A stretch of 64,000 nucleotides of DNA from Eledone cirrhosa (Eukaryota), in the NCBI GenBank assembly GCA_964016885.1, contig OZ024741.1:124868001-124932000 (forward strand), given 5' to 3'. Below, in pieces: positions 27,804-43,735 of the stretch. Each line of letters opens with the position of its first letter. Positions within the stretch are counted from its first letter, which is position 1. The translations under genes were made by a program, and so were the position numbers. Below the pieces are notes generated by a model. That model was given only the letters and a program-made list of their open reading frames with translations, ran no database searches and had not been told where the DNA came from.

Positions 27804-30037
27804 TTACACTGAGATATCACATTAAGTGGAGACTAGAGTCTTTTCACTTTAAGATTTTGACGAAATATTTGAATATTTATATTTATTTATTTTATAACTT
27901 CTTTTTCCAATGAAAATATTTTCTAGACATTCGTAAACACAAATCACAGTATATCCATTTGTTAAAAAGTGTGGAATTTTATTGAAATAATTTCAATACA
28001 AAAATATATTATATATCGTATTAATGTATGAGGTGTATATGGAGAGGCAACAAACTATTTCCACTTTCCGGTATGCACCTTAGCTACATATACTAAAGAA
28101 GAAGATTACTATATATCTAGTCATCCTATCCACCCACTACCTTATTATTTACTTGGCACTTAAATATTAAAGGCCTGGAGAAGAGGAGATGGGGTGATGA
28201 CATCATGAAATATGTGAAGGTGATCAGAGGTGAAACACTACCAGTTTAGACAAGAATAGTAAAGGACAGTTGGGGGTTGAAGGGGCTTGGAAAGTGATAA
28301 TTCAGCAGTAAACTTTTATAACCTAAAAGAGAAGATTACTATATATAAAGAAGGAAACATGTTATTATAGAATCAAATAACTTTGATACTTTTGTTTTCA
28401 GCTATGAAATGATGTTATTGAGATCTAAATCGATTTTATGTCTTTTATTAGGGTCTGTGCAAAACTGTATATTACATGCAACAATGCTGCAAGTTTGTAG
28501 AAAGCAATCAGCAATAGCTTGATGTCTAATTCAAAGTAGATGCCTCTTACATGCTGCTATACGCTTTATACTACGAACGTGTCTAATGTCTTTGATAAAA
28601 GTGTGATAATCCCAGCTTATAATCATACTTCCTATTTATCGAGCCATAAATGTATACCAAAGTATACGAATATCCCATTTGTACGAATTTAGTTTCCGAA
28701 AACAAAACGTTGATGATACTCATCTGTAGATAGCTAAATGTCCAATATATACGTATGTGTGGAGGAAAGGATCAGATTGTATGCTACAAGAACGTTGTTT
28801 TGCAAAATTGTCGTAGTAAAGGCTTGCCAACCCATATTAATTTCATGTGTTATGACATAAAGCCACAACTGTTGATTGAAAATACACCACATATATTTGT
28901 TTTGATTTTTTGTTATAATTTTTTCTCGGCTTTTGTCTGGAGTGGGAACCCTTTCGCCTGCTAGTGAAATAAATGTGCCATTTAGCTAAGAGTTCCAATG
29001 AGACATGTATTCTTACCTAATTCTCAACAAGATTCATCGTGACACAGAACGCTGCAGTTTTGATTTTTAAATACAAGTCATCCAACGAGTATGAAACCGT
29101 TTCCGTCTACCCAAATTCACACACATTGTTTCGATCCACTCAATACTATTAAAAATGACACTTGTCAAAAATTCCACATAGTGGAACGTTAACCGTTCGG
29201 CTATGCTGCATATTGCTCTAGAACAATCTTTTGGGGCCACTACGCTCCTCATGGCCACGTAATTGCCTCAGCACCCCCCTCTCCTATTTCGAGAGAGATC
29301 TGCCTGCACGCAAATTGTAAATAATATATAAATAGAATCGTTAATGTATAGATAATAAATATAATATATACTATGTATAAATAAATATATTTTATTATAT
29401 TTATATATAGTATGAACCATTTGATATTTAATATAAACTATATCATCTCTAACGCCCCCACCAACCCCTTACACCCCACTTCCTGACCTTCTCAACGACC
29501 CTCGTGGCGTGGTAGCGCCTACTTTTAGAACCTCTGATCTAGAGTAAAGATGTGACCGCCTGCAATCCAAAACGTTTAGTTCACATCACACACGTAGGAT
29601 TTTTTCTGTTACGCATTTATTCCTGGGATTTTTCAAGAGTAAAGGAGATGCTCAATGACTCCCATACTTTTATTTAACCCTTCATTTACCAACAATGCAC
29701 ACTTTTTATGAGAACGTGGCTCAACAATTTTATTTTCTCGCTTTAGTAAAACGGAAATGTATTATTTAAGATATGTACAGTGAATTTAATTGACCATTAA
29801 ATTTGATAGGTGTTTAAGTGATCGACCTCTAAGGAGTTATGAAATATATATCAATCTCAGTAAAGTCTCACCTCATAATTTCTCAGTACATTAATCACTC
29901 CACGGTACATTATGATATTAGATACATTTGGACGATTTTCTCATCTTTATTCTATCTCTCTATCCTTTCAGTTATGATTTGAATCAGAATAGAACTATGG
30001 ACATAGGACATTGTAAATCTAACGGTCTTTTCATCTT

Positions 30038-30113
<76 letters not shown>

Positions 30114-33100
30114 CCCTCTCTCTCTCTCCTGTCAGTTAAGAGTTGGATCCGATTAGAATTATACATATACGAAATATAAACTAAATGATCAGCTTTAATT
30201 TTAATAACATTTGTGAATAAACCATTTTTAGAAAATGTAGAAAAAAACTTGAACGCAGAAATCATGCAGGGGCGTTTGTGTGTGTGCTTCTAGAGAGAGA
30301 GATATTAAAATTGGGATGGGCAGTTTCAGGACAGGGCCTCCGTTTTCCAAACAACAAATCGGCCTGGTCGTGCAATTGTCATGCAGGTGTCTAAGTATAG
30401 CACAGACGCGTGCAACCTCAACAATGTCTTCAAGGCTAGAAGTATCTTGAAGTAAAGTATCTTACTCACTAAGTTACGATCACATCTCTCTTTGGCCACT
30501 TAGTTTATCCAGCACGTAAAGATGAAATGTAAAGTTGACCGGGATAGACGTTAGAAGCTAAAAACATTACAGTAAATTCAAATATATATATTCTAAGAAC
30601 GTACTGTCAACCTAAAATATTTTTACTTCACTGAAATGCTATTAAAATTTTCAATTTAATAATTTAATATTTGTGTGTATATATTTTAAGATGTTAATTT
30701 AAATCCAGAGAATATGATTGAATTTAATTGAAATTTTGAAAATCATTAATAAATGCGTTTGAAATATATTTTCGGGACAGTTTTGTATTTTACTTTAACG
30801 GTGAGCTAATGGAATTTACCGTGTGATTCTCTATATTGTTTTAGGCATTTTATTATGGATATTACGATACCACTATGTTAAATAATTACATAGCATAGAT
30901 TCGTTTTCGTGGCAAATGGAGTTAAATTTCCTTAAATGAACAATTGCTATTTTAAGATCAAATGTGTTGTTATAACTTAATTTTCGCATTTCTCGATACT
31001 TAATTGTAATTCTTTGCTTGGATGAGATAGAAAACTAAAAATAACATACAGAATATAATTGGATGAGGTGTAAATTTATGAAATGAAATCTAAAACGCTA
31101 TATTGCCTACGGAGGTGTACAATAGTGAAACCTAAGAGTTGTTTGATATTTTATGAAATTTTATTTTAACTCAGAAATACGTAATTTTCATTTTACAATT
31201 CTACGACACCATGCCATTTTTCGTTGGATGCCATATTGGGGAGTGTTCTGTTACAACACTTCAGTTTGTTAATTCCATTTGATGTTATCGTAAATGATTA
31301 AAATTTTGTTCAGAGACCTTGTTTCCAACTAGGTGCTAGCTTGAGGTGTTATAAATAATACCAAGATATCCCTTAAAATTGCATCCTGGTTTCTCAGAAA
31401 GAAATGACAGTGGATATTGTAGTCTTGCTGCGAACGTCACACGTATTGGAGAATTACTCGGTACCGTACCGTAATTGAGCTAATGTGTGTATTTAGCCAT
31501 GTTTTCGTCTCGGCCAGGATAAGACAGCTACAAAAAGAGAAGGTTGCATAGGTACTGGGCTAGTGTTTTTGTTGTAGATTCTAAAACAAATAGACATCGC
31601 CAGGATTGGAATGTATAAGATGGGGAACCAGAACAAACACCGTGACACGTTATGTCCTGTGCTTTAATGACGTTACCAAATCGACCACAATACTGTATGT
31701 AGTCCACTTAGTTCTACGCAACCCCAAAATGTATTTGGTCATATGACTGTCTCAATCATGTGTAATCTAGGTCTAGCCGACTACAACAAATAATAAGAAC
31801 GCCGAGGGATGAAAACCTGTTGAGGTTATCTCGCAGACGCCACACGGTTGAGTCACTAATAAATTTGCTTCGTTATTATTAGCTGCAGATTTTGATATCA
31901 CTTCCTGGCATATTGAAAAAATGTTATTTACCATGGCCTCGGGTCAACCCAAGCCTTGTCAGTAAAATTGAATGGACAGACTCTATTACAAAACTCACCT
32001 GTTGGATTGTAGCTGAAACTTAAATGGCCAGCCTTGTCACACACTGCATCTCTCTGAATCACTTTGGAAATTAGATTAACGGTTCACATGTGTGTATAAT
32101 TTTCACCCCCTTATAGGTTGATTTCGTGAGCAGACTGTTCCGTACATAGAACAGCTAGAACACTCATCACCGAAACAGACGGAACTCCATTCCGATGAAG
32201 TCATCGACATTGAGGTGGTTCGGTATTGCAAGAAAAATAAATATAGGAAATTCTTTGAAGTAAAACTAAATGTATCTTTTTTCAAGATAACTGTCACAAC
32301 AAAGAACACAGCACTGATTTACCATTGCTTTTCGTATTCTCCTTGCAACCAATTACTAGATATCTTTTAATTAACAGCATCTTGGAGCCAAAGACTTTCT
32401 ATTGTTCGTGCAAATAACATTTGTCGTATGAAGATTAGATTAGTTGATGTCTTTGGTAATTAGAATAAATGTTGATATGCTATATTAGAGTTCACTTTCT
32501 GTGTTGTGGTGTGCAAAATTCTAACGTGATCAGAAAAGTGTGCATTGAAAATTTTTAATTTTCGTCAACCATTGAGTGGACTGACTTCATACATTTCTAT
32601 ATTTAAATACAAAAACGTATGGAGTGGCTTTTCACTTCCATTCGCGTTTTCAATGGGAAACTTGAAGTGGATTAGGTACAAACTCCACTTGCCCATAACT
32701 GATGTACTTGTCTTCAGCAATTCAGGAATGTCAGCTATTACTGAATATAAGAATAGGATAATTGTGTCACATATTAGGCGTAGGTATAGCTTTGTAATTA
32801 CGTAGTACGCGTTACATCCAAATGTTCCCAGATTACCTCACACTGAGTCACATCGATTTTCTACACTAAGAACAAGTGGATCAATTTCACTCATGTAGAG
32901 AAATAATTGAGTGTTGGCGCTTCAATATTTCCGGTGCATCTAATGAAAATCTAAAAACCAGTAGTTATCTTTACATTACATTTACCTTATATATTCGAAT
33001 ATATGCTGTATTCAAATATAAATATTTATCATTAAAAAAATTACGCCATTAAATATATACTCATCATCCAAAACAAACAGATCATTTCAGCTTGAAAGTA

Positions 33101-33321
33101 TTTACATCATATTCTTATTAATCAATAACAACTTCGAATTAATAAACTAGATAGATTTACCATATATCTTTAAATATACTCAGTGATCTAACACACACAC
33201 GCACACATACACACTCACACACACACACACACGCACACACATACACACACACACTCACTCACACGTATATATCCAAATTTATATATATGTATATGGTTAT
33301 ATGAATATATATATATATATA

Positions 33322-33368
<47 letters not shown>

Positions 33369-33385
33369 ATGATATATATATATAT

Positions 33386-33940
33386 TGTTAGGTTGAGATA
33401 CAAATTTGGCTGTATTGTGCTGTGCTTTCTAGCAAAAACCCACCAGCCGTAAGTAACTTACCACACTCTTTCCAACCTGACCGCTGCTACGTCACGATTC
33501 TTAGCCATTTTTGAATGTATTCTTGGCGCGATCACTTTGGAAAATGTATTGTCTAGATTTGAGCAAACACCTGAAGAGTCCGGTGCTCGAGTTTCCGAAG
33601 TTATTGGAAATCTCAAAATGCGGACGAAACCATGGTCGAGGTAAATAAATGTATTCTCTTTTCTCCTAGTTTATTTTACACCTAATTCGGTTTAATTGAC
33701 TGTATATCTGAGCGATTACGCTGTCAAAATATTCGATACATATTCCGTCGCAGCCGACGCGAAGAGCTAGTTTTGGTTATTTGTTGGAGATTCTTTCATA
33801 GAAGCCTTATTCTTATAACCTGGTCTATTCCATTTTTTATATGGTTAATTATGCTAATTGGGAGAGGAAATGGTATATATTTTATCTGGTGATTCTATAG
33901 ACATGTTTTATAATATATAGCTCTGATTATTTAATTTATT
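33386..33940 (+). mobile_element. Diverged monomer of the 678-bp HHR family, between microsatellites; HHR core at 33571-33637
   Basis: Collinear with the reverse complement of 55680-56240 (acgtcac.attcttagccattt; ggttaattatgctaattgggagaggaaatggt). The core reads CTGAAGA-GTCCG..CGGAC-GAAAC-catg-GTC, with a weak stem I. Confidence 0.8.
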
Positions 33941-34019
33941 AACTTTTCATTGAGCCACAAGGTGACCCGTTGCAAAACACGTATATGTATATATGTATAT
34001 ATATATATATGTAAACCTT

Positions 34020-34152
<133 letters not shown>

Positions 34153-34515
34153 GTGTATTTATATATGTATATATACATGTATAAAAAGATATATAATATT
34201 GAATTAGAAGGCATTATATTTGAATTTCACCATATTTCATTTATTTCTTAATCACTGTTATACTTATAATGATGACATATGTTATGTCATACTCAGATAC
34301 TATATTATCAGGCAATCTTTTACTTGCATAATGTGACATAAGTTCTTACCTGATATGCTCTCTGGCAGGTTTTGGTATTGTTTCATCAACACTCATCTAG
34401 CATAACATGATGGGGCACCATACTACGTTAAGTGCTCAATCAGGCTTAATTGTGCTTAAACAAGTATCTATTTGTCGATAACTTAAAATTAGTAATTTAT
34501 TAACACGGAATTACC

Positions 34516-35211
<696 letters not shown>

Positions 35212-37491
35212 CATATATATGTATATATAGTTTCAAGATACGCTAGTACGCCCATACACCTACCTTCTGGAGACCGAATGAAGCAAATCAAACCGCACTG
35301 GCTACCAATATATAAAATCCATACCCTTCACTCTATCTGGCGCGCTCATACATTGGTGGCAACGGGGCCTGCGGTTTATGTGTCTTTGAAACTTACGAGA
35401 TACTATTCGCCAAGCGCCTTATTCTAAACACACTCACTGAACGCTGGCTGAACTATGTCACTTACAAACTCTATAAATCAGTTCAGCTTCCAGAAAGGTA
35501 AAACACGGAAATACTACATCATTCGATAAATTAACCAACCCTTCACCCACCCACTTCTTATTCCCTACCCCACATGTGACTGGCTTCCTACGGCCTTCCC
35601 CGCTCTAGCCAACCCCCATTACATTGTATATGTATGTTGCGCGCCTATACGTGTATATATTTGTGCGTGAGTCGATTTGATTTTGTGTATGTATATTAGT
35701 GCATAAATGTAACTATATATATATGTGTGTGTGTTTGTGTGTATGTATATATGTGTGTATGTATATATGTTTGTATGTATGAACGTGTGTATATGTGTGT
35801 GTGTCTGTGTGTGTGTCTCTGTGTGTGTCTCTGTGTGTGTGTCTGTTTGTGTGTGTGTACACTCTTTTATTACGGCTTTGTGTGGAGTTCCTTCGACTTC
35901 TTTGTAATTGCATCAGGTACAATGTCTTTCCAAGTTGTTAATACTCGGTGTCACTTCTCATAGAAATAAAGTGATTTGTAATCCTTAATTGTGGTTGAAA
36001 AATTAAACCCATTTGTTAGTATCGTTGTTGGTGTTATTGGTGTTTTAGTCATTGCTCCTTCTGTTCTAGTTGTCCTTCAGATCAATCTTGTATAAGTATA
36101 ATTACGATACGTTTAAAAAGGGGGCTTTACTGGTGATCACGAAGCCGACATATACCTGTTTGCAGGAAACCATAAACACTTTCTTCCAAGCCCTTTCTCA
36201 AAGTCGATATGAAGAGGATTTGACTAATATTTCTTGCACATTAGACTACCACATAGAAGCTCCTTCATTGGTTCTTTTCTTCGTGTTCCAATTATTTGCA
36301 ATAGCGTCGAATTATTTTTTGTGAGATCCGTATGCAATCTGTATGAAAGTTAATGTTTAGCATTCTATAAACTTTAAAGTATTTGCTTGGAAATGCTAGA
36401 AATATGGATCCCATTAGCGTGTTGAAATGATTCTTATTGTTGCGTATAACGGCACCTAAATCAAAGGCGAACAATGCAGAAACCAAATCATCAATAGGAA
36501 CAAGCTGAAACATGTACGAGTTCAATAGCAGTGTGCGTGGGAAGCATGTATTAAAGGAAGTTATTTTCGCAATAAACCTGTAACTATTATCCCATTTACA
36601 CTAAATAGGATATAGAAAATAATCTGAAATCAGGAATCAATTTGCTTTCACAACGAACGAAATGTTTCTAAAGATCTGATTTTTTTTAGGCTTTAGACGT
36701 GAGTGTTTTTTGAGATGTTGATTTCATTGCAAAATAATGTTAAACTTTCGTTTTAAAATATGCTACCATTTCAGAAAAAATAACTATGATTATTTATATA
36801 AAATAGAATTATAGTGGAGACAATTCTCTTCATTTCATAAAATAATAACCTATAGTAATACTTATATAAGATATTCAAAATGTTTTCCTTTTTTAAAACA
36901 TGCTACCACTTCATTAAAACAGCAAAAGCAGCAGGATATCTATATAAAATAGAAAGATAGCCAGGAATATCTTCCGCTTGAAACATGCTACCATGATATT
37001 ATATATAGAAAATAGATAGTAAGAACGAAAGCCAGTAGATATATTCATTGTTCTAGTGACATGTACAGTGATATAACGTTTCTAAATATATGTGCACGCT
37101 GTAACACTGTAGGAAGCCGGTTGTTCAATATAAAATTGCATGCATTATTAATGATGTTGTTTATAAATGATTGTTTTAAAACATTATTCAGCAAACATAT
37201 TCTGCCTCAATTTACATATGAAAGAAAAAATAACGAACGTATTCATCTTTCTACTTCAGTGCAGACAGTTGTAATAAGAAAAGAATGTATTTTTCAATCA
37301 CCAACATATTTATGCATTGTGTCATTTCTAAGTCGGTATTAAAAAGAAAGGCATTGCTTTAAAATAAATGCATGGTGCATGTAATTGACGTCTGCGTACA
37401 TATTCATCACATTAGACAATGGCCGAAGATTGTACTAAGAACTATTGCATAAATTATATCCGTGTGTTGCCGTCTTTACTTACATCATACA

Positions 37492-37567
<76 letters not shown>

Positions 37568-37696
37568 TATGTACATCTCAATCTCTCTACATGTAGGTTG
37601 ATACCTACACATCTAACTTGCTTCTTATTTATCATTTATCTCTATGTCTATCATCTATTTCTACATCTGTCATTTCTCGCTCTCCCGCTCTCTCCC

Positions 37697-37729
<33 letters not shown>

Positions 37730-37876
37730 CCTCTCTGTTTTTCTCTCTCTCTTTCTTCCCCTGTTTCTATCCCTCTGTTTGTCTGTCTATCTATCTGTCT
37801 ACCTATCTGTGTACAAGATTATTTCTAATTAAAAACATTTTCCAATAATCGGGTACCATGTATATCGGAAGAGAGT

Positions 37877-37978
<102 letters not shown>

Positions 37979-38915
37979 CACACAGAAAACATCGTTGGAA
38001 GAGAACGATATTTGGAATACCTCATCACATCTGTCTTTCTTACATTTGTGTCCCATGAATTCAAAATAACAAATTTTGTCAGGCTTTTAAATAGAAGGAC
38101 GAAATGTGTGTAGATTCTTATGATATAAATTAAAGATGTATAATTATCCGTTACCAGACAGAAATATATTACTGGAAGTTTTCTATTAATGAGGACACTT
38201 ACAAACCCTGTCCACGTTTCGTGTGATTTATTATTTAATACAATGTGGAGAATTTACCAACATGATTTGCTCAAACCAACATCCAAAACAACGCCCACGT
38301 CCAAAACCTTAGAGATAGATTTTTAGAAAGATTCCATTCACAACATAAGATGTAAACAAGAATTCCTACTCTAAATTTATAAAATGAATAGATAAGATGT
38401 ATAAGTCTTTCTAACTAGATTAAATTCCATGATACTATCACAGAAAAACCACCTACACTAGGATATGAAGCTACAAGTAACTGCTTACGTCAATGAGCAT
38501 AGGTGACCCTACTACTTAATCAGAAGTTACCGGTTGATACATACATGATGGCTGCCCCCTTATTATCAAGTATGGCTATTTCACGATATACCATTATTAA
38601 TAATTATTAATTCATTCTATCGTGCAGTGCCTGTTCGTGAAGGCTGTTTTTAAAGTAAGGAAGGACTGTGCACTGAGCCAATTCCACTCTCTGAGCGACA
38701 CTATCTATAACCTGAAAAGAAAAAAAAGATCAACATTATCGGTAACATCGGAATACATACATACGTACGTACATACATACATAAAGGATAAAGAATAAAG
38801 ATCCCATATTTAAACCTGGCGGAGCTCAACCCTCTCCAGTTTTCAACACATCCGATATTTCTATAGTGGGAGAATCGACCCAGTACTGGCCTGATTTGAA
38901 CGCACAATGAGGTGT

Positions 38916-39205
38916 GACGAATACCGTAAATCATTCTATGCGACGCCTTAACGTCTCTGCCAATTCGCCGCCATACATGTTGATTGCTATTTCTTGTCAG
39001 AAGAGTGCCATCCCTTCATTGAAAATTGCGAAGTCATGTGCACGCAAGTGACTTTTCAGACCCGCTTGTTTTTTTGCAGGATGTGACACTTGAACTGTCT
39101 ACCTCCTGCCATTAGCGGCTGGGGTGTGTTTTCATGCAGGTGGGACGAATACCGTAAAGCCTTCTATCCGAGGTCTTAACGACTCTGCCAATTCGCCGCC
39201 ATACA
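38916..39205 (-). mobile_element. Two SINE head fragments (38916-38975, 39144-39205)
   Basis: Both read ggcggcgaattggcagag.cgttaag.c.tcg.atagaa.g.tttacggtattcgtc on the minus strand. Confidence 0.65.
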
Positions 39206-40215
39206 TACAAACATACATACATGCATACAAACGTACATACATACATACATACATACATACATACATACATACATACATACAGTTACGGAATACTTAACAT
39301 AATTATACGCATGTACACTTTTTTATTGGATGACATTTAATAATTTTAATAAAGTGAAGGAGGAAAAGGGTTTCACAGCTGTATCCGTAAGTCCAATATT
39401 TTGATAATGGTTATATCTTAGCAAAACTATAGTGCTAAGCAACATCCACAACAACAACTAAACACACGAATTCCAAATATAAACGTTTCTATTATTATAC
39501 AAAGATATATTCATGATTTGATTTCTTACCTGTCTATTAAAGATAGTGACAGAGAGAGAATGATCGAAGCTGGAGGAATTAATGACAGGAGAGAAATATG
39601 AGTGTAAGTTTGATATTTAAAAGTCTATTAAATGATTCGTTAATAAATATCAAGCAATGTTTGTTATTGACAATATAATGAGGGGCGGAAGTGCAAGCAA
39701 GCAAATGTTAATGTTAAATCAAATGAAATCTACTCCGAGATTTCCACTTTATTACGAGATTGTGACTTAACTGCCATGTTTTATATCATCATAAATGTTA
39801 AATAGAAAAACAAGATATAAACAAAATATTGACATCCAAGTTGAATCTAGCTGAAACAGGAAGTGTGCTGAATATTATGAAGGAAAAAAAAACACCGGAA
39901 ATAAATTAATCTGGCTGTTGTTGTTGATGTGGTTCATGTGAAAAATTATTCGTTCCGTTTGGTATTAAAATCTGAAGAACTAACAAAAATATATAATTGG
40001 GTGACGTGGGTGATATTTCCGATTTGGAAATATCTTGTGAATAGTTAAATTGTAAATTTTGCTTAATCAGATATAAGTAAAGCTTTTCTTTGAGCACACA
40101 CGCACACACACACACACAGACACGCACACACATATACACACACACGCACGCACACACATGCACACATACGCACAAACGCGCACACATACACACAACATAC
40201 ACACACACACAACAT

Positions 40216-40361
<146 letters not shown>

Positions 40362-40720
40362 GATTATTAGGAAGGAAAATGTTTTCTTACCGTTATTTTT
40401 TCCGGGGTTAGAACATGTTTAAAGCAAATTATTTTACTTTCTGTGAAGTGTCAAACCATTAATTTATTTATTTTTAATTGACAATAACATTAATTTATTT
40501 ATTAATGTATTTATTTATTTTTTAACAATTACCGGTTTCAGCATTTTATGCATTTTCACATTGTGTGAGTGGGAGAGAAAAAAAAGGAATTTGTGTTTGT
40601 ACAAAATGTAGAACAGAAATTAAGGTGATGTTAAACATGGTAGAGGAAGTAATGGAGGTAATGGGGAAGAGGAAATAATATTATTTACAACTTGTACTCT
40701 GTTGTTGTTGTTTTTAACTT

Positions 40721-40749
<29 letters not shown>

Positions 40750-40752
<3 letters not shown>

Positions 40753-43398
40753 TTCAGTCGTTTGGAAGCCTCGACAATGCAAATGGGTAAATCTCCGGGT
40801 AACAAGGTCCGGTGGTGGAGAGAGAGATGTAAGTGGGTGTACGTTGAGATGCGTGGTGTGTATAAGATGTGTGAGATGTGTAGAATGAAGGGAAGAGTAT
40901 AAAGGATAAAAATAAAAATAACAACACAAGAGAGAGTTACCTTGGGAGAGATTTAATAGTCCCTATATATTTCATATTCACATCCATCAACTGGGGTTTT
41001 TTTTCCGGGGTGGGGGAAAAGGTTGTCTGTCGGACAAGTCCGGAACGCGACTTTCGCTGTTTGTGGTTTTGAATATCAGAGATAGTCGGCAGACCGCGCG
41101 TGCGCGTGAAATGGGGTCGGTCGTACAGAGGTCAGCGGCCGAATGAGGGAGTGGGATGGCGCTAGCTGTCAGTCCATTCTCTGCCTGTTTGTTAAATGTT
41201 ACTGTGTGTGTATGTGCGTGTGTTGTTGTCTCGCTTGAGTGTGTGTGTTGTGTGTGTGTTGTTGCCTTGTTCATCTGTATTGGCAGTGTAGTATGTTCGT
41301 ATGGTGGAATGCTACTGTGTGTGTGTGTAGTTGTCTCGTTTGCGTGTGTGTATGTGTGCGTGTGTTGTGTGTTGTTGCATCGCTTGTTAACTTAAACCAG
41401 CCATTTCATTTCGCTTCTCTCTGATCGGTTGTTTATTTGCGGTTGCAGTCGTTTGATAAAAAGCGCTTCCTTGATACGTAACGTTTCTTTGAGTCGCTAG
41501 AATTGTGACAATGGGCCTTCCGTCTATGTTTCCGCATTTGTCTATGTGTTTCCGGAAAGACGAGGCCCTGTTTTTAGTGTGTTCCTTGATCCGGATGTGC
41601 AAAGTTCGAATTGTGCTACCTATGTAGTATTGGTTGCACCTGTCACATTCTATCTTATGCACGACGTATGTGCGTAGTCAACAGTTAGCATGGCGTATCG
41701 GGCAGTCTCTGAGGGAGCATGCGTCAGTAGATTTTTCGGGTTTCCTGGAGAGGCATCTTCGCAGGGAGGGGCCCGAGTGGGCCAGGTGGATGTCGAGGCC
41801 CTCTCTCCGTATAGCTTTGCGGATAGCGTTGGTGGTTTGCTCGCCCAGGTGTGGCATTTTAAGGAAGCACTTGTCTTGGGTGCTTCTCTGTCTCTTGCGT
41901 CTGGTGTCTCCTATTCTGTCTGTGATCGAGGTAGGGTACCCGTTCGTCTCCAGCACCTCGAGGAATCGCTTGGTATGAGTGACACTACTCGCGCGATCAC
42001 TGCATCTGTTTTTGATACGCTCGATCTCGTTCGTGATGTATCCTCTTTTGGCACTGTTAGGGAGGGCGGACTTGTAGTGAACGAATAGGTCCCTGCGGGC
42101 TGCCTTTCTGTAGAAGTTGCAGTGGATCCCTCCTTGTTCCGTGATGTTGATTCGGAAGTCGAGGAGGGCAAGTGACCCGTCTTCGTTGGGGTGTTCAACA
42201 CTGAAGTCAATGTTCTCGTCCGTGCTGTTGAACGTCTCATAGATTCTGTTCGCCGTGTCTTGGGATGATGTGAGGATGAGGATATCGTCCACGTATCTTG
42301 AGAAAAAGGCTGCGGCGTTGGGGTGGCAGGCGTTGAGTGCCTTGCATTCGAGGTTGTCCATGTAGGAGATCGCTAGCACACCTGATAGGCTTGATCCCAT
42401 GGGCAATCCCGAGGTTTGTTGGTATATTTGGTCAAGGAATCCGAAGTAGGTGTTGTCGACGACGATGGATAGGAGTTTGTGGATGTCAGTGGTGGTGAGC
42501 CCGAAGCAGTGTAGGTCGGTGGATTGGACGCGTTCTATTAGTACATTGACGGCCGGGAGTGCCGGGACCGAGGTGTAGAGAGCGACTACATCAAGGCTGA
42601 AGGCATATCTGTTATTCCTTCTGGTGTCGGGATCCATTTGATGCAGGCGCTTCAACACCTCCTCGGAGCTGTTAACGTGTCCCGGCAAGGTATCTAAGAT
42701 GGGTTTGAGTATTCTGGCTAGGAGCCATGACATTTTGTAGAGTGGTCCCTCCACGCTCGATACGATGGGCCTGATTTTTAGGTCAGGTCCCTGTTAGTGT
42801 GTTTTCACGAGGTGGTAGAAGGCGGGTAGTCTGCTGTTCCTCGTGAGGAGGTTGTATCTCAGCTTCTTCGGGAGCTTCCGCCGGTCGCAGATGTTGGTCC
42901 AGGCGGAGTTGATGTGTTCTTCTATCTGCGCGGGAGTGATTCCTGTGACCTTGGAGTAGAGGTTGTCATCGTCAATGTGTTGGAGGGCCAGGGTGTTGTA
43001 GGCCTCTCTGCTGCTGACCTCTGTACGACCAACCCCATTTCACCAGCACGCGCGGTCTGCCGAATACCTCAGATATTCAAAACAACAAACAGCGAAAGAC
43101 GCGTTCCGGACTTGTCCGACAGACAACCTTTTCCCCCACCCCGGAAAAAAAAAACCAGTTGATGTATGTGAATCCGAAATATATAGGGACTATTAAATCT
43201 CTTCCAAGGTAAATCTCTCTTGTGTTGTTATTTTTATTTTTATCCTTTATACTCTTCCCTTCATTCTACACATCTCACACATCTTATACACACCACGCAT
43301 CTCAACGTACACCCACTTACATCTCTCTCTCCACCACCGGACCTTGTTACCCGGAGATTTACCATATTCATTGTCGAGGCTTCCAAACGACTTAAAGA
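40750..43398. mobile_element. 5'-truncated Penelope-like element (minus) with an inverted ~390-bp terminal repeat
   Basis: Segment 40755-41140 is the reverse complement of 43010-43395. RT and EN lie between, and TA tracts flank the element. Confidence 0.9.
41390..43005 (-). pseudogene. PLE reverse transcriptase and GIY-YIG endonuclease, truncated and disrupted
   Basis: PAFYHLVKTH*..LKIRPIVS, AFSLDVVALYTSVP, YQQTSGLPMGSSLS, FSRYVDDIL, LALLDFRI, FYRK; then IECDRCNQYYIGSTIRTLHIRIKEH. This is a different PLE lineage from 12772-19075. Confidence 0.92.
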
Positions 43399-43735
43399 TA
43401 TTTACTTATTGTTCCACAATGCTTCAAGCTAACTTCAATACTCTCATATATATATATATATATTAGAAAATGAGTTATTTTTTCCAAAATCAAAAAAGAC
43501 GACATGTCCTACACGAGTGAAAGTATAAGGAAAAAAGATGAAATCGAGAATGCAACTGGAGTCTTTTTAAGAATATTTATTTGGTTCCTTTACCGGTTTT
43601 GCAGTTCTTATGCTTTTCAAAAGTAGAATTGAGATGGAGGGTTTGTGGTTTTTCTCGCATCTAGTTGATGTTCGAATGTTACTTCTGTTTTATGCGGATA
43701 AAAGTGGCTCGAAATGGTAGGGGTTTTTTTTAAAG

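Noticed and set aside
29200-29545. Possible DNA-transposon (hAT/MITE-like) remnant
   Set aside because: Only a vague terminal resemblance; no matching TIR pair or target duplication was found.
35900-36525. Coding-looking stretch (ORFs 36070-36324 + and 36292-36525 -)
   Set aside because: The frames I checked contain stops and no recognisable motif.
36745-37000. Three short diverged repeats (aaa.atgctacca)
   Set aside because: Real but short and AT-rich, with no interpretable structure.
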